Both the position numbers and the translations under genes were made by a program. From Chitinophagales bacterium (GTDB lineage Bacteria > Bacteroidota > Bacteroidia > Chitinophagales > UBA8649), in NCBI GenBank assembly GCA_020635995.1, contig JACJYS010000001.1:810477-874476 (forward strand): a DNA stretch of 64,000 bases. Direction: 5' to 3'. Below are positions 1 to 9,975 of this stretch, piece by piece. How positions within the stretch are numbered: the stretch's first letter is position 1; every line of letters starts with the position of its first letter. The notes beneath the pieces are model-generated. The model had not been told where the DNA came from and searched no databases. It saw only the letters and a list, made by a program, of their open reading frames with translations.

Positions 1-53
1 TATAAAGAAAAATTAATAGAAAGCACTTCTTGGTATCTTTGTAGATGGTCATA

Positions 54-3000
54 CTATTTTTTCTTTTTAAGTATTTTGCCAAAATTAGTTTGATAAGAAA
101 ATCCTGCTCCTGTTTTCCATACATTAGATTCATTTAACGCATCATAATCCGATTTTTGAAACACTCTAATGTTTAATTTTCCGTCTTGTGTTATCTTGTA
201 GCGTATTTCAAAATTGCCCGCCACATTGCTTAAAGCTCCTTTCTCTTGCCCCGATTCTAAACCTACATTTCCATCTACAGAAATGGTTAGCCTGTCATCT
301 AATAATGATTGACTAACGCCCAATTCTATATCTGTTATTTGCTCGCCATTTTCATTTATACTATTTTTATATTGGTCAACAGCAAGGTTTAATTCTAATC
401 CTTTTGCATTGCTTGCCAGTTTATTTAGCTGATTACTTATCATACCACTTAAACTCCTTACCGCATTTGAAGTTCCTGCCGATGTAATATTGCTGGTGCT
501 ACTGCTTCGGGTTGAAAAATTATTGAAAAGCAATAAACTAAAAACCTGTTTATTAAGTTCGTTGGGGTTGTTTTTTATCTTGTTAAGAGCCTGTACAGCA
601 CTATTATTTATACTATTAGAAGCACTATTGGGCAATTCTATATCAAAATTAAGCTCAGGATTTAAAAGGTTGCCATTTATTTTTAAGTAAACATTTACAT
701 CTGTTTTTCTTTTATACTCGCTGGCATCGGCTTCGCTTAAAGCCGTATTTTCACTTTCTACTAAACCTAAAGTTGTTGCTTTTGTTTTGTAAAGTGCCGT
801 TATATCCAACAGAGCATTTTCCGGATTTCCGGTAAAAGTAATTTTACTATTTTGTGTTATGTTAAAATTCTTTTTTATGACATTTTGAAATGAAAAGCGA
901 TAATTTCCTTGATTAATTTTGTAAACTCCCGTTATATCTAAATCTTTAAAAGGTGGCATTTTTACCGATAAATCTCCATTGCCGTTAAAAGCTAAATTAT
1001 CGCCAGTAAGTGGGTCTATTACTACCACAATATTGGCATTTTCATTTAAAACTACTCTTAGGTTTAAATCTACAGCGGTAGAAATTTTGTAACTCATTTC
1101 TGCTATACTATCCATTTGTGTAGCAGAATAATCACTGCCGTCCATAAAAATTACATATTCTTCTTGCTTAGCAACAGCCTGCTCATCAAGAAGTTGTACA
1201 GTTAAATTAGAGTTTTTTGCTTCTATTGAACCGGAAATTTTAGGCAATTCCGTATCGCCTGCAATATTTAGTAAAGCCTTAGCTACAAAATTGCCATAAA
1301 AAGGAATATCCTTTGTTTTTTTAGAGTTTAAAAAAGTAAATTCCTCTGCACTAAAATTTAGGTCATAAGTAAAATTTTTATAAGATTTATGCCATACAGT
1401 TCCTTTTAAATAGGCAAATCGGTTTTTATCGTCTATTAAAATTATTTCCGGGTGTATTTCTTTAGTTACAATATTTAATTTCCCCGAAGAAATTTTATAA
1501 GAAGAGCCAATAGGAATGGCAAAAGCACTGACATTGCTTAAACTTAACTGCCCGTTGGTTTCTAAGTTTTCTAAATTTCCGGTTATCATCACATTCCCCG
1601 TCATTTTTCCGCTTATATCTTTAGCATAGCTCTGTACAAAAGGCTCTATGGTAGCCAGCTGAAATTTATTTATTTTGGCTTCGGCATTTATAGCTCCCGT
1701 GTTAATATCATAAGTGGCGTTTGTTTGCAAATCATTATCATAACCTATTAAACTAATATTGGCTTGAACTTTATCTTCTAAAATATTGGCACTAAGTTTT
1801 AAATCTCCGGCATCTATATCATTAATTTGCAAAGTATTTAAAGCTAAATTTCCTTCTATGGTTTTGATACTGTCCATGCTTAAAGAAACATTGCCATTAG
1901 TTAAGCCATAAAGTTTTAAGGTTTCAAATTCTATTATTTTTTCAATATTATTAATGTTGAAATCGGCAAAAGAAAGATTTAATTTTTTATCTGCCACACT
2001 TACGCCTATAGATTGATTGTCTTTATAAAACTTAATAGTAGGCAGTTTTTCCATAATTTGTTTTATATAAAACGGATTAGACTGCGAAAATTGCCAGTTT
2101 TCTGTTCCTAAAATTATGGGACTATTTACAGAAAACACAGCATTATTATTTTCAGTAAAGAAATTAGAACTTAAAAATAAATTTTGTTTAGCACCAATAT
2201 TTAAACTGCTTGTGCCTGTATTATTATTAAAATCTGCTTTCAAATTTAATTTAGGCAAATATCCCCAATCGCCTAATATTACAGAATCAATACCTAATAA
2301 ATTGTTAAACGAATTTTGTGTGCTTTGACTGTTTAAATTTATGTTTTGAATGGTATAACTCTGATATTTTACTTCGGGAATATTCAAAATCATATCCATG
2401 CTTTCATTTTGAGCATTTAAGTCAAAACTTAAGGTAGTTTGCTCTAATTTACTAATAGGCACTTTAAAAATTTCTAACAATTTTGTGGCATCATTTACCA
2501 TAAGTTCAAGGTGAATTTCTTCATCACTAAGAGCAAAATTGCTACTGTCTTTCTCCATAAAAATAGAACTAAAAGGATAATGTTTATCTAAGGAAGTAAG
2601 AATTATTTGTCCAATATTTTTTATGTCGTATTTTCCTGTTAGGCTACCATTTATAATTTCTGAACTAACAAAATATGAAGTATTTCCTTGTTCTCCTTTA
2701 TCGGCTTTAAGCACTAAAGAGTCCATTTCCCATTTATCCTTTTTATTGCTAATATTAATGTTAGTAATTTTCAAATTTCCATCAAGATCCTGCGGTTTTA
2801 AGCCTGTGAAATTGGCATCTATGTTTAAATTTCCCATGATAGGAAAAGTGGTTAAATTAAGATTTTGCGTATTTATTTTATTAAGCTCTGCTCTAAAATC
2901 TACTTTAGGAATTGCTGTGCTAAAATCTACTAAACCGTCAAAATTAAAATTCAAATTATTGTCGTCTATATTTAGTTTTCCGTTAAAAGTATTGTTAGCC

Positions 3001-4940
3001 ACTTCGCCCAACACCAGTATATTTTCATAGGTATATCCATTAAAAGTAATATCGTGTATTTCGCCTTCTACATTAGAGTTTAAACTGTCTAAACTTAGTC
3101 CTTTGCCATCTAAAGTAATATCGGCATTTATGGTTCCAAGGCTGTCGCTGTTTGCCAATATGCCAAGGTTTAAATCACTTACACTTATAAAACCTTTGTA
3201 TTTTGCATTGCTATAATTTGGGTTAAAAGCTATGCCTAATTTTGTTTGGGCTTTTCCAATGTTGGTTTCCAGCAGTCCGTTGGTAAAATATCGGTGCAAA
3301 TCGCCTTTTAGTACGCCTTTGTAGCTTATTAATTTAATGCTATCTAACTGCTGTGGCAGCGAATCTACAAAAATACCGATGGTAGAAACTGTAGTGTTGA
3401 ATTTTGCAATATTAAAATCGTAATTCAATTTTTCGGTATTTAACAAATTATTTACTTTGCCTTGGCATTTTAAGTCAATATTTTTAGCACTTAACAAACT
3501 CAAATTTGCAATATTTAAAGATTGCAAACTGCCATTTACAGTAGTTTTTAATTTTATATTGCCAAATTTTAAGTAATTATTCTTAATTATATTTTCTCCT
3601 AAAATTTGTTGTAAATCTTTAGCAAAAATATTGGCACTCAGTTCTAATCCTTTTGTATTTAGCTTGTTGATGTCAAGCAAATTTTCAAGATTTCCATTTG
3701 CTATTATTTCGTTATTTGCTGTTGTTAATTTTAAATTATTTAAGTCTATATTATTAACTTTTCCATTTATTTTGCCACTTACTAAAACCGAATTATTAGC
3801 CACAAAATCTTTTTGTAAAAAACTATCTAATTGAGGTACAAAATAAGCTAATTCATTTAAAGAAATATTTACATTTGCAGCATCAACATCAAGCAGTAAA
3901 TTAGGCGAAAATGAAGCTAATTCATCAAAATTTTGATAGCTGATTTTAGTGTAAAGTTGAACAGTTGTGTAATCCATTTTAAGATTTAACTCTTCTACCG
4001 TAATATTTTGAGGTTTAAATAAAACTGAAGCTGTAAGGTTTTCAATATTTATTTTATTATTTAAGTTTGAGCTCAATTTATTTACTTCCACTTCTACTCC
4101 AAGGCTGTCAACTACTGTATTGTTTGCCCATAAATTAATATCTTTTACATTTATGTAATTAGCATTAAACTTTTGATTTGAAGTATCATTACCAAGTTGA
4201 TATTTGAAGTTACTTTCTTTAATTTTTAGCTCATCTACATTAATACTTACAGGAAAACCGTCAAAAGGGAAACTCGTTGGAATATCGTTTAAAAGTGTAT
4301 CTGCGGGCATTTCATTATTTTGCCAAATAGAAAAACCGTTTAGTTGCTCAATATTTATATAATTTATAGAAAAAATGAGTTTGTTAATGTCAATTTTGTT
4401 GGTTTTTACACTTAAATTTTTAGCTATAAACTGATTTTTCCCACTAAGTAAATTAAAATCTATTTTAAAGTTTTGAAGCTGAACTTCACTTATATCAAAA
4501 TCTATATTGCTTTTCGTTTTTTGAGTAGTATCTCCTGCAAAAGCATCTATAAGAAACTGAAAATTAAAAGTGCTGTCATGCTGCTGATAAATATTGGCTA
4601 CCGTATTGTTTAGTAGTACTTTATCTATATATATTTTACCTTTCAACAAATGCAAAATAGACATATTTACATCTAAATTTTGAGTGTAAAGGAGTGTATC
4701 TTTATTCAAATCTTCAATATACAAGCCTTCTAAACCCACTTTATCAACAAAATTGATGCTTAGTTTGTCTAATTTTATAGTGGCATTAGTTTTTTTAGAA
4801 ACAAATTTTAGAGCTGTTTTGGCTAACTGAGTTTGAACATAAGGTAATTTTAAAAGCAGTAGCAACACTAATAATAGCAGTAAAGCAAAGCCCATTACTT
4901 TAGCTGTTTTTTTTATAATATTTTTAGCGTTTATTGCCAT
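54..4940 (-). CDS. tamB: TamB-like translocation and assembly module protein, paralog 1
   Basis: 1628-aa ORF. It has a single N-terminal hydrophobic anchor (GFALLLLLVLLLLL) and a very long N/K/S-rich beta-rich body. The C-terminus (DRLTISVDGNVG...FEIRYKITQDGKLNIRVFQKSDYD) resembles the DUF490/TamB C-terminal domain. Confidence 0.75.
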   Translation of the reverse strand: MAINAKNIIKKTAKVMGFALLLLLVLLLLLKLPYVQTQLAKTALKFVSKKTNATIKLDKLSINFVDKVGLEGLYIEDLNKDTLLYTQNLDVNMSILHLLKGKIYIDKVLLNNTVANIYQQHDSTFNFQFLIDAFAGDTTQKTKSNIDFDISEVQLQNFKIDFNLLSGKNQFIAKNLSVKTNKIDINKLIFSINYINIEQLNGFSIWQNNEMPADTLLNDIPTSFPFDGFPVSINVDELKIKESNFKYQLGNDTSNQKFNANYINVKDINLWANNTVVDSLGVEVEVNKLSSNLNNKINIENLTASVLFKPQNITVEELNLKMDYTTVQLYTKISYQNFDELASFSPNLLLDVDAANVNISLNELAYFVPQLDSFLQKDFVANNSVLVSGKINGKVNNIDLNNLKLTTANNEIIANGNLENLLDINKLNTKGLELSANIFAKDLQQILGENIIKNNYLKFGNIKLKTTVNGSLQSLNIANLSLLSAKNIDLKCQGKVNNLLNTEKLNYDFNIAKFNTTVSTIGIFVDSLPQQLDSIKLISYKGVLKGDLHRYFTNGLLETNIGKAQTKLGIAFNPNYSNAKYKGFISVSDLNLGILANSDSLGTINADITLDGKGLSLDSLNSNVEGEIHDITFNGYTYENILVLGEVANNTFNGKLNIDDNNLNFNFDGLVDFSTAIPKVDFRAELNKINTQNLNLTTFPIMGNLNIDANFTGLKPQDLDGNLKITNINISNKKDKWEMDSLVLKADKGEQGNTSYFVSSEIINGSLTGKYDIKNIGQIILTSLDKHYPFSSIFMEKDSSNFALSDEEIHLELMVNDATKLLEIFKVPISKLEQTTLSFDLNAQNESMDMILNIPEVKYQSYTIQNINLNSQSTQNSFNNLLGIDSVILGDWGYLPKLNLKADFNNNTGTSSLNIGAKQNLFLSSNFFTENNNAVFSVNSPIILGTENWQFSQSNPFYIKQIMEKLPTIKFYKDNQSIGVSVADKKLNLSFADFNINNIEKIIEFETLKLYGLTNGNVSLSMDSIKTIEGNLALNTLQINDIDAGDLKLSANILEDKVQANISLIGYDNDLQTNATYDINTGAINAEAKINKFQLATIEPFVQSYAKDISGKMTGNVMITGNLENLETNGQLSLSNVSAFAIPIGSSYKISSGKLNIVTKEIHPEIILIDDKNRFAYLKGTVWHKSYKNFTYDLNFSAEEFTFLNSKKTKDIPFYGNFVAKALLNIAGDTELPKISGSIEAKNSNLTVQLLDEQAVAKQEEYVIFMDGSDYSATQMDSIAEMSYKISTAVDLNLRVVLNENANIVVVIDPLTGDNLAFNGNGDLSVKMPPFKDLDITGVYKINQGNYRFSFQNVIKKNFNITQNSKITFTGNPENALLDITALYKTKATTLGLVESENTALSEADASEYKRKTDVNVYLKINGNLLNPELNFDIELPNSASNSINNSAVQALNKIKNNPNELNKQVFSLLLFNNFSTRSSSTSNITSAGTSNAVRSLSGMISNQLNKLASNAKGLELNLAVDQYKNSINENGEQITDIELGVSQSLLDDRLTISVDGNVGLESGQEKGALSNVAGNFEIRYKITQDGKLNIRVFQKSDYDALNESNVWKTGAGFSYQTNFGKILKKKK

Positions 4941-5014
4941 TTAGATTTCAAATATAATGCTATTACTACATAGACACTCATAGTTGTTTAATATAATTAT
5001 ATTAATTTTGGTGG

Positions 5015-5668
5015 GTGCATAAGGACTCCAAACTTAAAGAATATTTGTATCAGTTTTTAACAGAAGAACGCATTGAGCAGTTTGAAAAAGTACTAGCATA
5101 CCGCACCAATCATTTTGCCGTAGGCTTAGAAAACATTTTTCAGCCACACAATGCCAATGCAGTAATACGCAGTTGTGATTGTTTTGGCGTGCAAAATTGC
5201 CATGTAATAGAAAGCATTAATAAATTTAGTGCATCAAAAGGCGTGAGCAAAGGAGCTATAAAATGGGTAGATGTACACAAATACGATAACACTTCAGAAA
5301 CGCTAAACACATTAAAAAGTAAAGGTTATCAAATAGTGGCTACCACACCACATAAAAATGATTGTTCTTTAGCTGATTTTGACATTACCAAAAAGAGTGT
5401 GTTCTTTTTTGGAGCAGAAAAAAAAGGTTTATCTGATGAAGTGATGCAAAGTGCTGATGTGTTTTTAAAAATACCTATGGTAGGGCATACGGAGAGTTTA
5501 AACATATCGGTAAGTGCGGCTATAATTTTGCAGTACGTTACAGATAAATTAAGAGCTACCAACATAAAATGGCAACTAACCGAAGCAGAAAAAGAAGCGG
5601 TAAGGCTTTCTTGGGCAAAAATAAGCACAAAAAAACTGGACGTACATTTAAGAAATTTTGAGGGGTAA
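5015..5668 (+). CDS. SpoU/TrmH-family RNA 2'-O-methyltransferase (GTG start)
   Basis: 217 aa. SpoU motifs are present: HNANAVIRSCDCFGV, FFFGAEKKGLSDEV and SLNISVSAAIILQ. Size and N-terminal region fit tRNA Gm18 TrmH-like enzymes. Confidence 0.8.
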   Translation: MHKDSKLKEYLYQFLTEERIEQFEKVLAYRTNHFAVGLENIFQPHNANAVIRSCDCFGVQNCHVIESINKFSASKGVSKGAIKWVDVHKYDNTSETLNTLKSKGYQIVATTPHKNDCSLADFDITKKSVFFFGAEKKGLSDEVMQSADVFLKIPMVGHTESLNISVSAAIILQYVTDKLRATNIKWQLTEAEKEAVRLSWAKISTKKLDVHLRNFEG

Positions 5669-5821
5669 GGTTTTGTTTGACGGGCCGCGGCTTTGCGTAG
5701 TGGCGGCATTTTAGCACTGCCGCTGATTAGAATTACTATCGTTCAATTTAGCACAAATGTTCAATAGAAATCCGTAACCCGCCATTGCGCAAAACCGATG
5801 TTGGCAGTAGTGTTGTTATTC

Positions 5822-6382
5822 TTAATTGCTTTTATAGTCAAAAAACTTTCCGTCTGTAATGGTTATGGTTTCTCCGATGTTGTTGATAGCAACACCACTA
5901 AAAGTTCCTTTTACTGCTTTTATTGGAAATCCAAATAATACCACATCTTTTACTTGTTCTATGGTTAATGTACCTGAAGAACCTACTGTGCTAGCTCCAA
6001 TGGCATAGACTGGATTTGTTCCCGTTCCAAGACTAAGCAAAAGAGTTGCACCGCCAAACTCAATATTGGGGTCATTCAAATCATATGTACCGATACCTGA
6101 AATATTTTTTCCGCCAATTTGAATAGCATTTATGTAATTTATGCCATCTGATTTGAGACCGGCTCCTGAAATGGCTAATGTGTCCATATTAATTTTTGCT
6201 ATTCCACCTAACATTGTATATTGTATTTCATCGTATGTTGCTTTCCAAAAAACACCGTTCAATTTGCACTCAATGTAACTATCTCCGTCATTTGAAGTTG
6301 GAATTGGGTCATCGGAATGACAAGAGATTAAAGTGCAACTAATTATTGCTAAAATATAGCCGAAGTAAAGTTTGTTTTTCAT
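5822..6382 (-). CDS. hypothetical lipoprotein
   Basis: 186 aa with a signal peptide and lipobox-like LISC followed by HSDD. The body is beta-rich and G/T-rich. I recognised no catalytic motif. Confidence 0.6.
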   Translation of the reverse strand: MKNKLYFGYILAIISCTLISCHSDDPIPTSNDGDSYIECKLNGVFWKATYDEIQYTMLGGIAKINMDTLAISGAGLKSDGINYINAIQIGGKNISGIGTYDLNDPNIEFGGATLLLSLGTGTNPVYAIGASTVGSSGTLTIEQVKDVVLFGFPIKAVKGTFSGVAINNIGETITITDGKFFDYKSN

Positions 6383-6621
6383 TTTATCTTTGTTCTGGTT
6401 AATACTTTTGAGTAGTCAAAACATTGCTGCCAACGTCTGTGTAAAAAATCGTTTTAATGTTTTTTACATACTGTCAAACAAAGTTAGTAAATTTATTTTA
6501 ATAAATCAACATTTGTTGGTAAGTTTATGTGGTAGTTTTAGAGATGCCTTTCTGCAAACCGTGTCTGCCGAAAGGCAGAGGCATGACGTATTACGTAATG
6601 CTTTGTGTCTTTGCGAGCCCT

Positions 6622-7632
6622 TTACTTTTTCCCCAACTCACTAAACTTCTTTTTTCCATCTATAAAATAGTTAAAAACTATGCTTTGTTTTACAATGGTA
6701 TTTAGTGGTTTTTGCCTGTTTCGGTTTTTTAAGTATTTAAACTGCATTTTATAAAAAGAAAAATGTGCTTTAACAATAGCAAAACAGTGGGCAAACTTTC
6801 CTTGTGTTATAAACTTAATACCTGCCAGTCCGTCTAATACCATACGCATAAATAACAAAGGATATACTTTAAACAAATCTATGTTTTTAAGCATCATTAA
6901 TAGGTTGTTCCTAAAATTCAAGTATGTTTTTCTCGGGCTATCGCTGTTTAAAGTTCCTCCTCCTACATGATAAACCGTAGATTGTGGTTGTACCCAAACT
7001 TCAAACCCAGCGTTTTGCATACGCCAGCAAAGGTCTATTTCTTCCATGTGAGCAAAAAAATGTTCATCTAAACCGTTCATTTTTTTATATACCCCTGCAC
7101 GCACAAACATACATGCCCCCGATGCCCAAAAAACTTGCATGGTATCGTTATATTGTCCTTCGTCTTTTTCTAAAGTGTCAAAAATACGTCCTCTACAAAA
7201 GGGATACCCTAAATAATCAATAAAACCACCTGCCGCTCCAGCATATTCAAAGTATTCTTTGTTGTTGTAACTCAATATTTTTGGTTGGCAAGCCGCTATG
7301 TTTTTATTGCTGTCCATTAAATTAATAATGGGATTTAGCCAATTTTCGGTTACTTCTATATCGCTATTTAGCAAAACAAAATATTCATATCCATCAAGAT
7401 TAAGCAAAGCTTTATTGTACCCGCCTGTAAAACCGTAGTTTTCATTAAAAATTATAGTTTTTAGCTGAGGATAATTGTTTTTTAAAAAAGAAAGTGAATT
7501 ATCAGTAGAGGCATTGTCAACAATAATAATATCCGATAAATCATCATCATTGTATTGAGTAACACTTGGCAAAAATTTTTCTAACCAATGTTTTCCATTC
7601 CAATTTAATATTACTACTGCTACTTTTTTCAT
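6622..7632 (-). CDS. glycosyltransferase family 2
   Basis: The N-terminus VAVVILNWNG...IIVDNASTDNS and the DxD-like region are typical of GT2. The ORF track extends to 7707, but the ATG at 7632 (MKKVAVVIL) fits the family N-terminus better. Confidence 0.8.
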   Translation of the reverse strand: MKKVAVVILNWNGKHWLEKFLPSVTQYNDDDLSDIIIVDNASTDNSLSFLKNNYPQLKTIIFNENYGFTGGYNKALLNLDGYEYFVLLNSDIEVTENWLNPIINLMDSNKNIAACQPKILSYNNKEYFEYAGAAGGFIDYLGYPFCRGRIFDTLEKDEGQYNDTMQVFWASGACMFVRAGVYKKMNGLDEHFFAHMEEIDLCWRMQNAGFEVWVQPQSTVYHVGGGTLNSDSPRKTYLNFRNNLLMMLKNIDLFKVYPLLFMRMVLDGLAGIKFITQGKFAHCFAIVKAHFSFYKMQFKYLKNRNRQKPLNTIVKQSIVFNYFIDGKKKFSELGKK

Positions 7633-7809
7633 TGTGGATGTCCCTAAGTAAGGTTGACCGTTTTTGATAATAAATTTCTTTTCATTTTGTTTAAGTCTAT
7701 CGGGCAATTATGCCAATAAAGGTCTGCATCACAAAGGTAAATGTAATATTTCTTTTTCAAACACTACAGTTGTTCTTTTGTTCTTCTTTAAAACCTGAGT
7801 TCGGTTAAT

Positions 7810-7856
7810 CCTTATTGTACTAAACATCTTAATCTAACGGCATTTACCATTGTAAA
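7810..7856 (+). repeat. 47-nt intergenic repeat, copy 1 (TTGTACTA...CTAACGGCATTTACC family)
   Basis: 42/47 identical to the reverse complement of 17035-17081. A shorter version recurs at 17098-17124 and 38392-38418. Confidence 0.75.
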
Positions 7857-7997
7857 CCCCAAAATAATCTAAACTATTTCGGGTTAATAATCGGTATAAT
7901 CTGACAATCTGACAATAAGTTTTATGTTTTTTATAACGTATTGTCTTAATGTTTGTAAAGGAATAATAATTGATATTCTTAAAGTAAGTAAAACAAA

Positions 7998-8924
7998 ATG
8001 GAATATAAAGATTATTATAAAATACTTGGTGTAGATAAAAATGCTACACAAGATGAAATAAAAAAGCAATATAGAAAGCTTACAAGGAAGCATCACCCCG
8101 ATTTGAATCCTAATGATGAAAAAGCAGAAGCTCGTTTTCAAGAGATAAATGAGGCTAAAGAAGTGCTTATGGACCCCGAAAAACGTAAAAAATACGATAA
8201 GTATGGCAAAGATTGGGAGCATGCAGAACAATATGAAAATGCTCGCAAGCAGCAGCAAAGTCAACAGCAATATACCTACTCAAATGATGCATCAGATTTT
8301 GGTAGTCATTTTAATGGAGATGCTGGTCAGTATTCCGATTTTTTTGAGAGTATGTTTGGAGGGATGGGTGGTTTTAGTGGGGGTAGGAGTAGAGCAAACG
8401 TAAAATACAAAGGACAAGATGTAAATGCTCAGTTGCAACTTAATTTAAAAGATGTTTACACCGCTCAAAAACAAGTAATACAGTTTAACAATCAAAAGCT
8501 TAGACTAACTATACCTGCCGGGGTAGAAAACGGACAAACTATAAAAATAAAAGGCAAAGGTGGCAAGGGTATGAATGGTGGACCTGATGGCGATTTATAC
8601 ATTACATTTTCTATTAATAATGATACAGCTTTTAAAAGAGATAAAAGTGATTTATATAAAGATGAAAAATTAGATTTATATACGGCTATTTTAGGTGGAG
8701 AAATAACGGTAAACACTTTTGAGGGTAAAGTGAAATTAAAAGTAAAACAAGGAACTAACAATGGAACTAAAGTAAAATTATCGGGCAAAGGATTTCCTGT
8801 TTACAAGAAAAAAGACAGTTTTGGCGATTTATACATTACATACAATATTGACATACCTACAAATTTAACAAGCAAAGAAAAAGAACTTTTTGAGGAACTT
8901 AAAAAACTAAGCAACAATGGATAA
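7998..8924 (+). CDS. cbpA: curved-DNA-binding DnaJ homolog CbpA (J domain plus DnaJ C-terminal domains, no zinc finger)
   Basis: J domain DYYKILGV...HHPDLNP, a G/F-rich linker, DnaJ CTD repeats, and no CxxCxGxG zinc finger. It is followed by an overlapping cbpM-like gene. Confidence 0.8.
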   Translation: MEYKDYYKILGVDKNATQDEIKKQYRKLTRKHHPDLNPNDEKAEARFQEINEAKEVLMDPEKRKKYDKYGKDWEHAEQYENARKQQQSQQQYTYSNDASDFGSHFNGDAGQYSDFFESMFGGMGGFSGGRSRANVKYKGQDVNAQLQLNLKDVYTAQKQVIQFNNQKLRLTIPAGVENGQTIKIKGKGGKGMNGGPDGDLYITFSINNDTAFKRDKSDLYKDEKLDLYTAILGGEITVNTFEGKVKLKVKQGTNNGTKVKLSGKGFPVYKKKDSFGDLYITYNIDIPTNLTSKEKELFEELKKLSNNG

Positions 8925-9207
8925 TCAAGAAATTATATACATAAAAACTATTTGTACTGAATATAATGTTGATCCTTTATTTTTAGATGAACTTAATGAA
9001 ATAGGCTTAATAAAAACTGTTTTAGTAAATAATGAAATAAGTATAAATAGTGAGCAACTTAGCAGAGTAGAAAAAATGATACGTATGCATCATGAAATGG
9101 ATATAAACACGGCAGGTATTGATGCTGTTTTTAATCTTTTAGACCAAATAGACAGTTTAACTACCGAATTAAACAGCTTAAAAAATAGGCTTTCGCTTTA
9201 TGAATAA
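8917..9207 (+). CDS. cbpM: chaperone modulator CbpM-like (MerR-type HTH)
   Basis: 96 aa. It overlaps the cbpA stop by 8 nt, matching the position and size of cbpM. Confidence 0.6.
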   Translation: MDNQEIIYIKTICTEYNVDPLFLDELNEIGLIKTVLVNNEISINSEQLSRVEKMIRMHHEMDINTAGIDAVFNLLDQIDSLTTELNSLKNRLSLYE

Positions 9208-9569
9208 AATATGACTATCCGCTATTATACCAATAATTTATGCTTTAAGATAACATCTTGGGACGTTTAAGTAATTTGAATTACAGTTTGTGGTCTTTTA
9301 CTTTTGCCTTGATACAAAAGTAAAAAAATCATCATATAATGGGCGTCATTCCATAAAATTTTGTAGTGAAACGGAAAAATTTATATGGAATCCCAAATTC
9401 CTTTTACGAAAACAATTATTAAATTGATGTTCCGAATACCTATAAGGCTACAATGGGTCGCTGAAAACTTAGTGCGATTCCCTGACTGCCGTCAAGGCAG
9501 GTTTTGTAACTTTTCTACTAAAGAAAAGTTAATGTAAAATACTTCATAGGTATCTTTACGGATATAAAA

Positions 9570-9896
9570 TTAATGCAACTTCTTAAAGTTGTTTACAAAC
9601 TTCATCATAGCTCCAATATTACTAATTTTAATTTTGCCCATCATAAAAGCCATTTGGGCATTGGTTTTTCCCAGTTCTAAATCGCTATAAACAGAGTCTT
9701 TACATTTCACTATACAGTTAGCTTCGCCATGCAAGCCTTCCTCTACTGTGCATTTATTGTCTTCTATATGTACCGTAAAATCTCCGCCATCATCTCCACT
9801 TATTTCAAAATGGAATGTAGTATCTAAATCTTCTCTTTCTTCGCTTGGTATGTATCTATCTTTTAACGATAATATTATTTCTCTTGCAGTATTCAT
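9570..9896 (-). CDS. SCP2 sterol-binding domain protein
   Basis: 108 aa with an SCP2-like pattern (FHFEISGDDGGDFTV...LELGKTNAQMAFMMGKIKISN). Confidence 0.7.
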   Translation of the reverse strand: MNTAREIILSLKDRYIPSEEREDLDTTFHFEISGDDGGDFTVHIEDNKCTVEEGLHGEANCIVKCKDSVYSDLELGKTNAQMAFMMGKIKISNIGAMMKFVNNFKKLH

Positions 9897-9975
9897 TATT
9901 TATCTATCAAACGTTTGTTTGGTTACAAATATACAATAGCTATACCATTTTTTAATTACTTTTACTTTCTATTAA

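Noticed and set aside
5711-5754. CIRCE-like half-site TTAGCACTG (5711-5719) and a second TTAGCAC (5748-5754)
   Set aside because: No inverted GAGTGCTAA partner occurs at the required 9-nt spacing. The words are direct repeats, not inverted, and they are not upstream of a chaperone gene.
5802-5816. Sigma-54-like TGGCAG-N5-TTGTT, with its inverted partner TGGCAG-N5-TTTTG at about 6420-6435 on the minus strand upstream of the lipoprotein gene
   Set aside because: The essential GC of the -12 element is missing in both copies. The plus-strand copy also points into the 3' end of a convergent gene.
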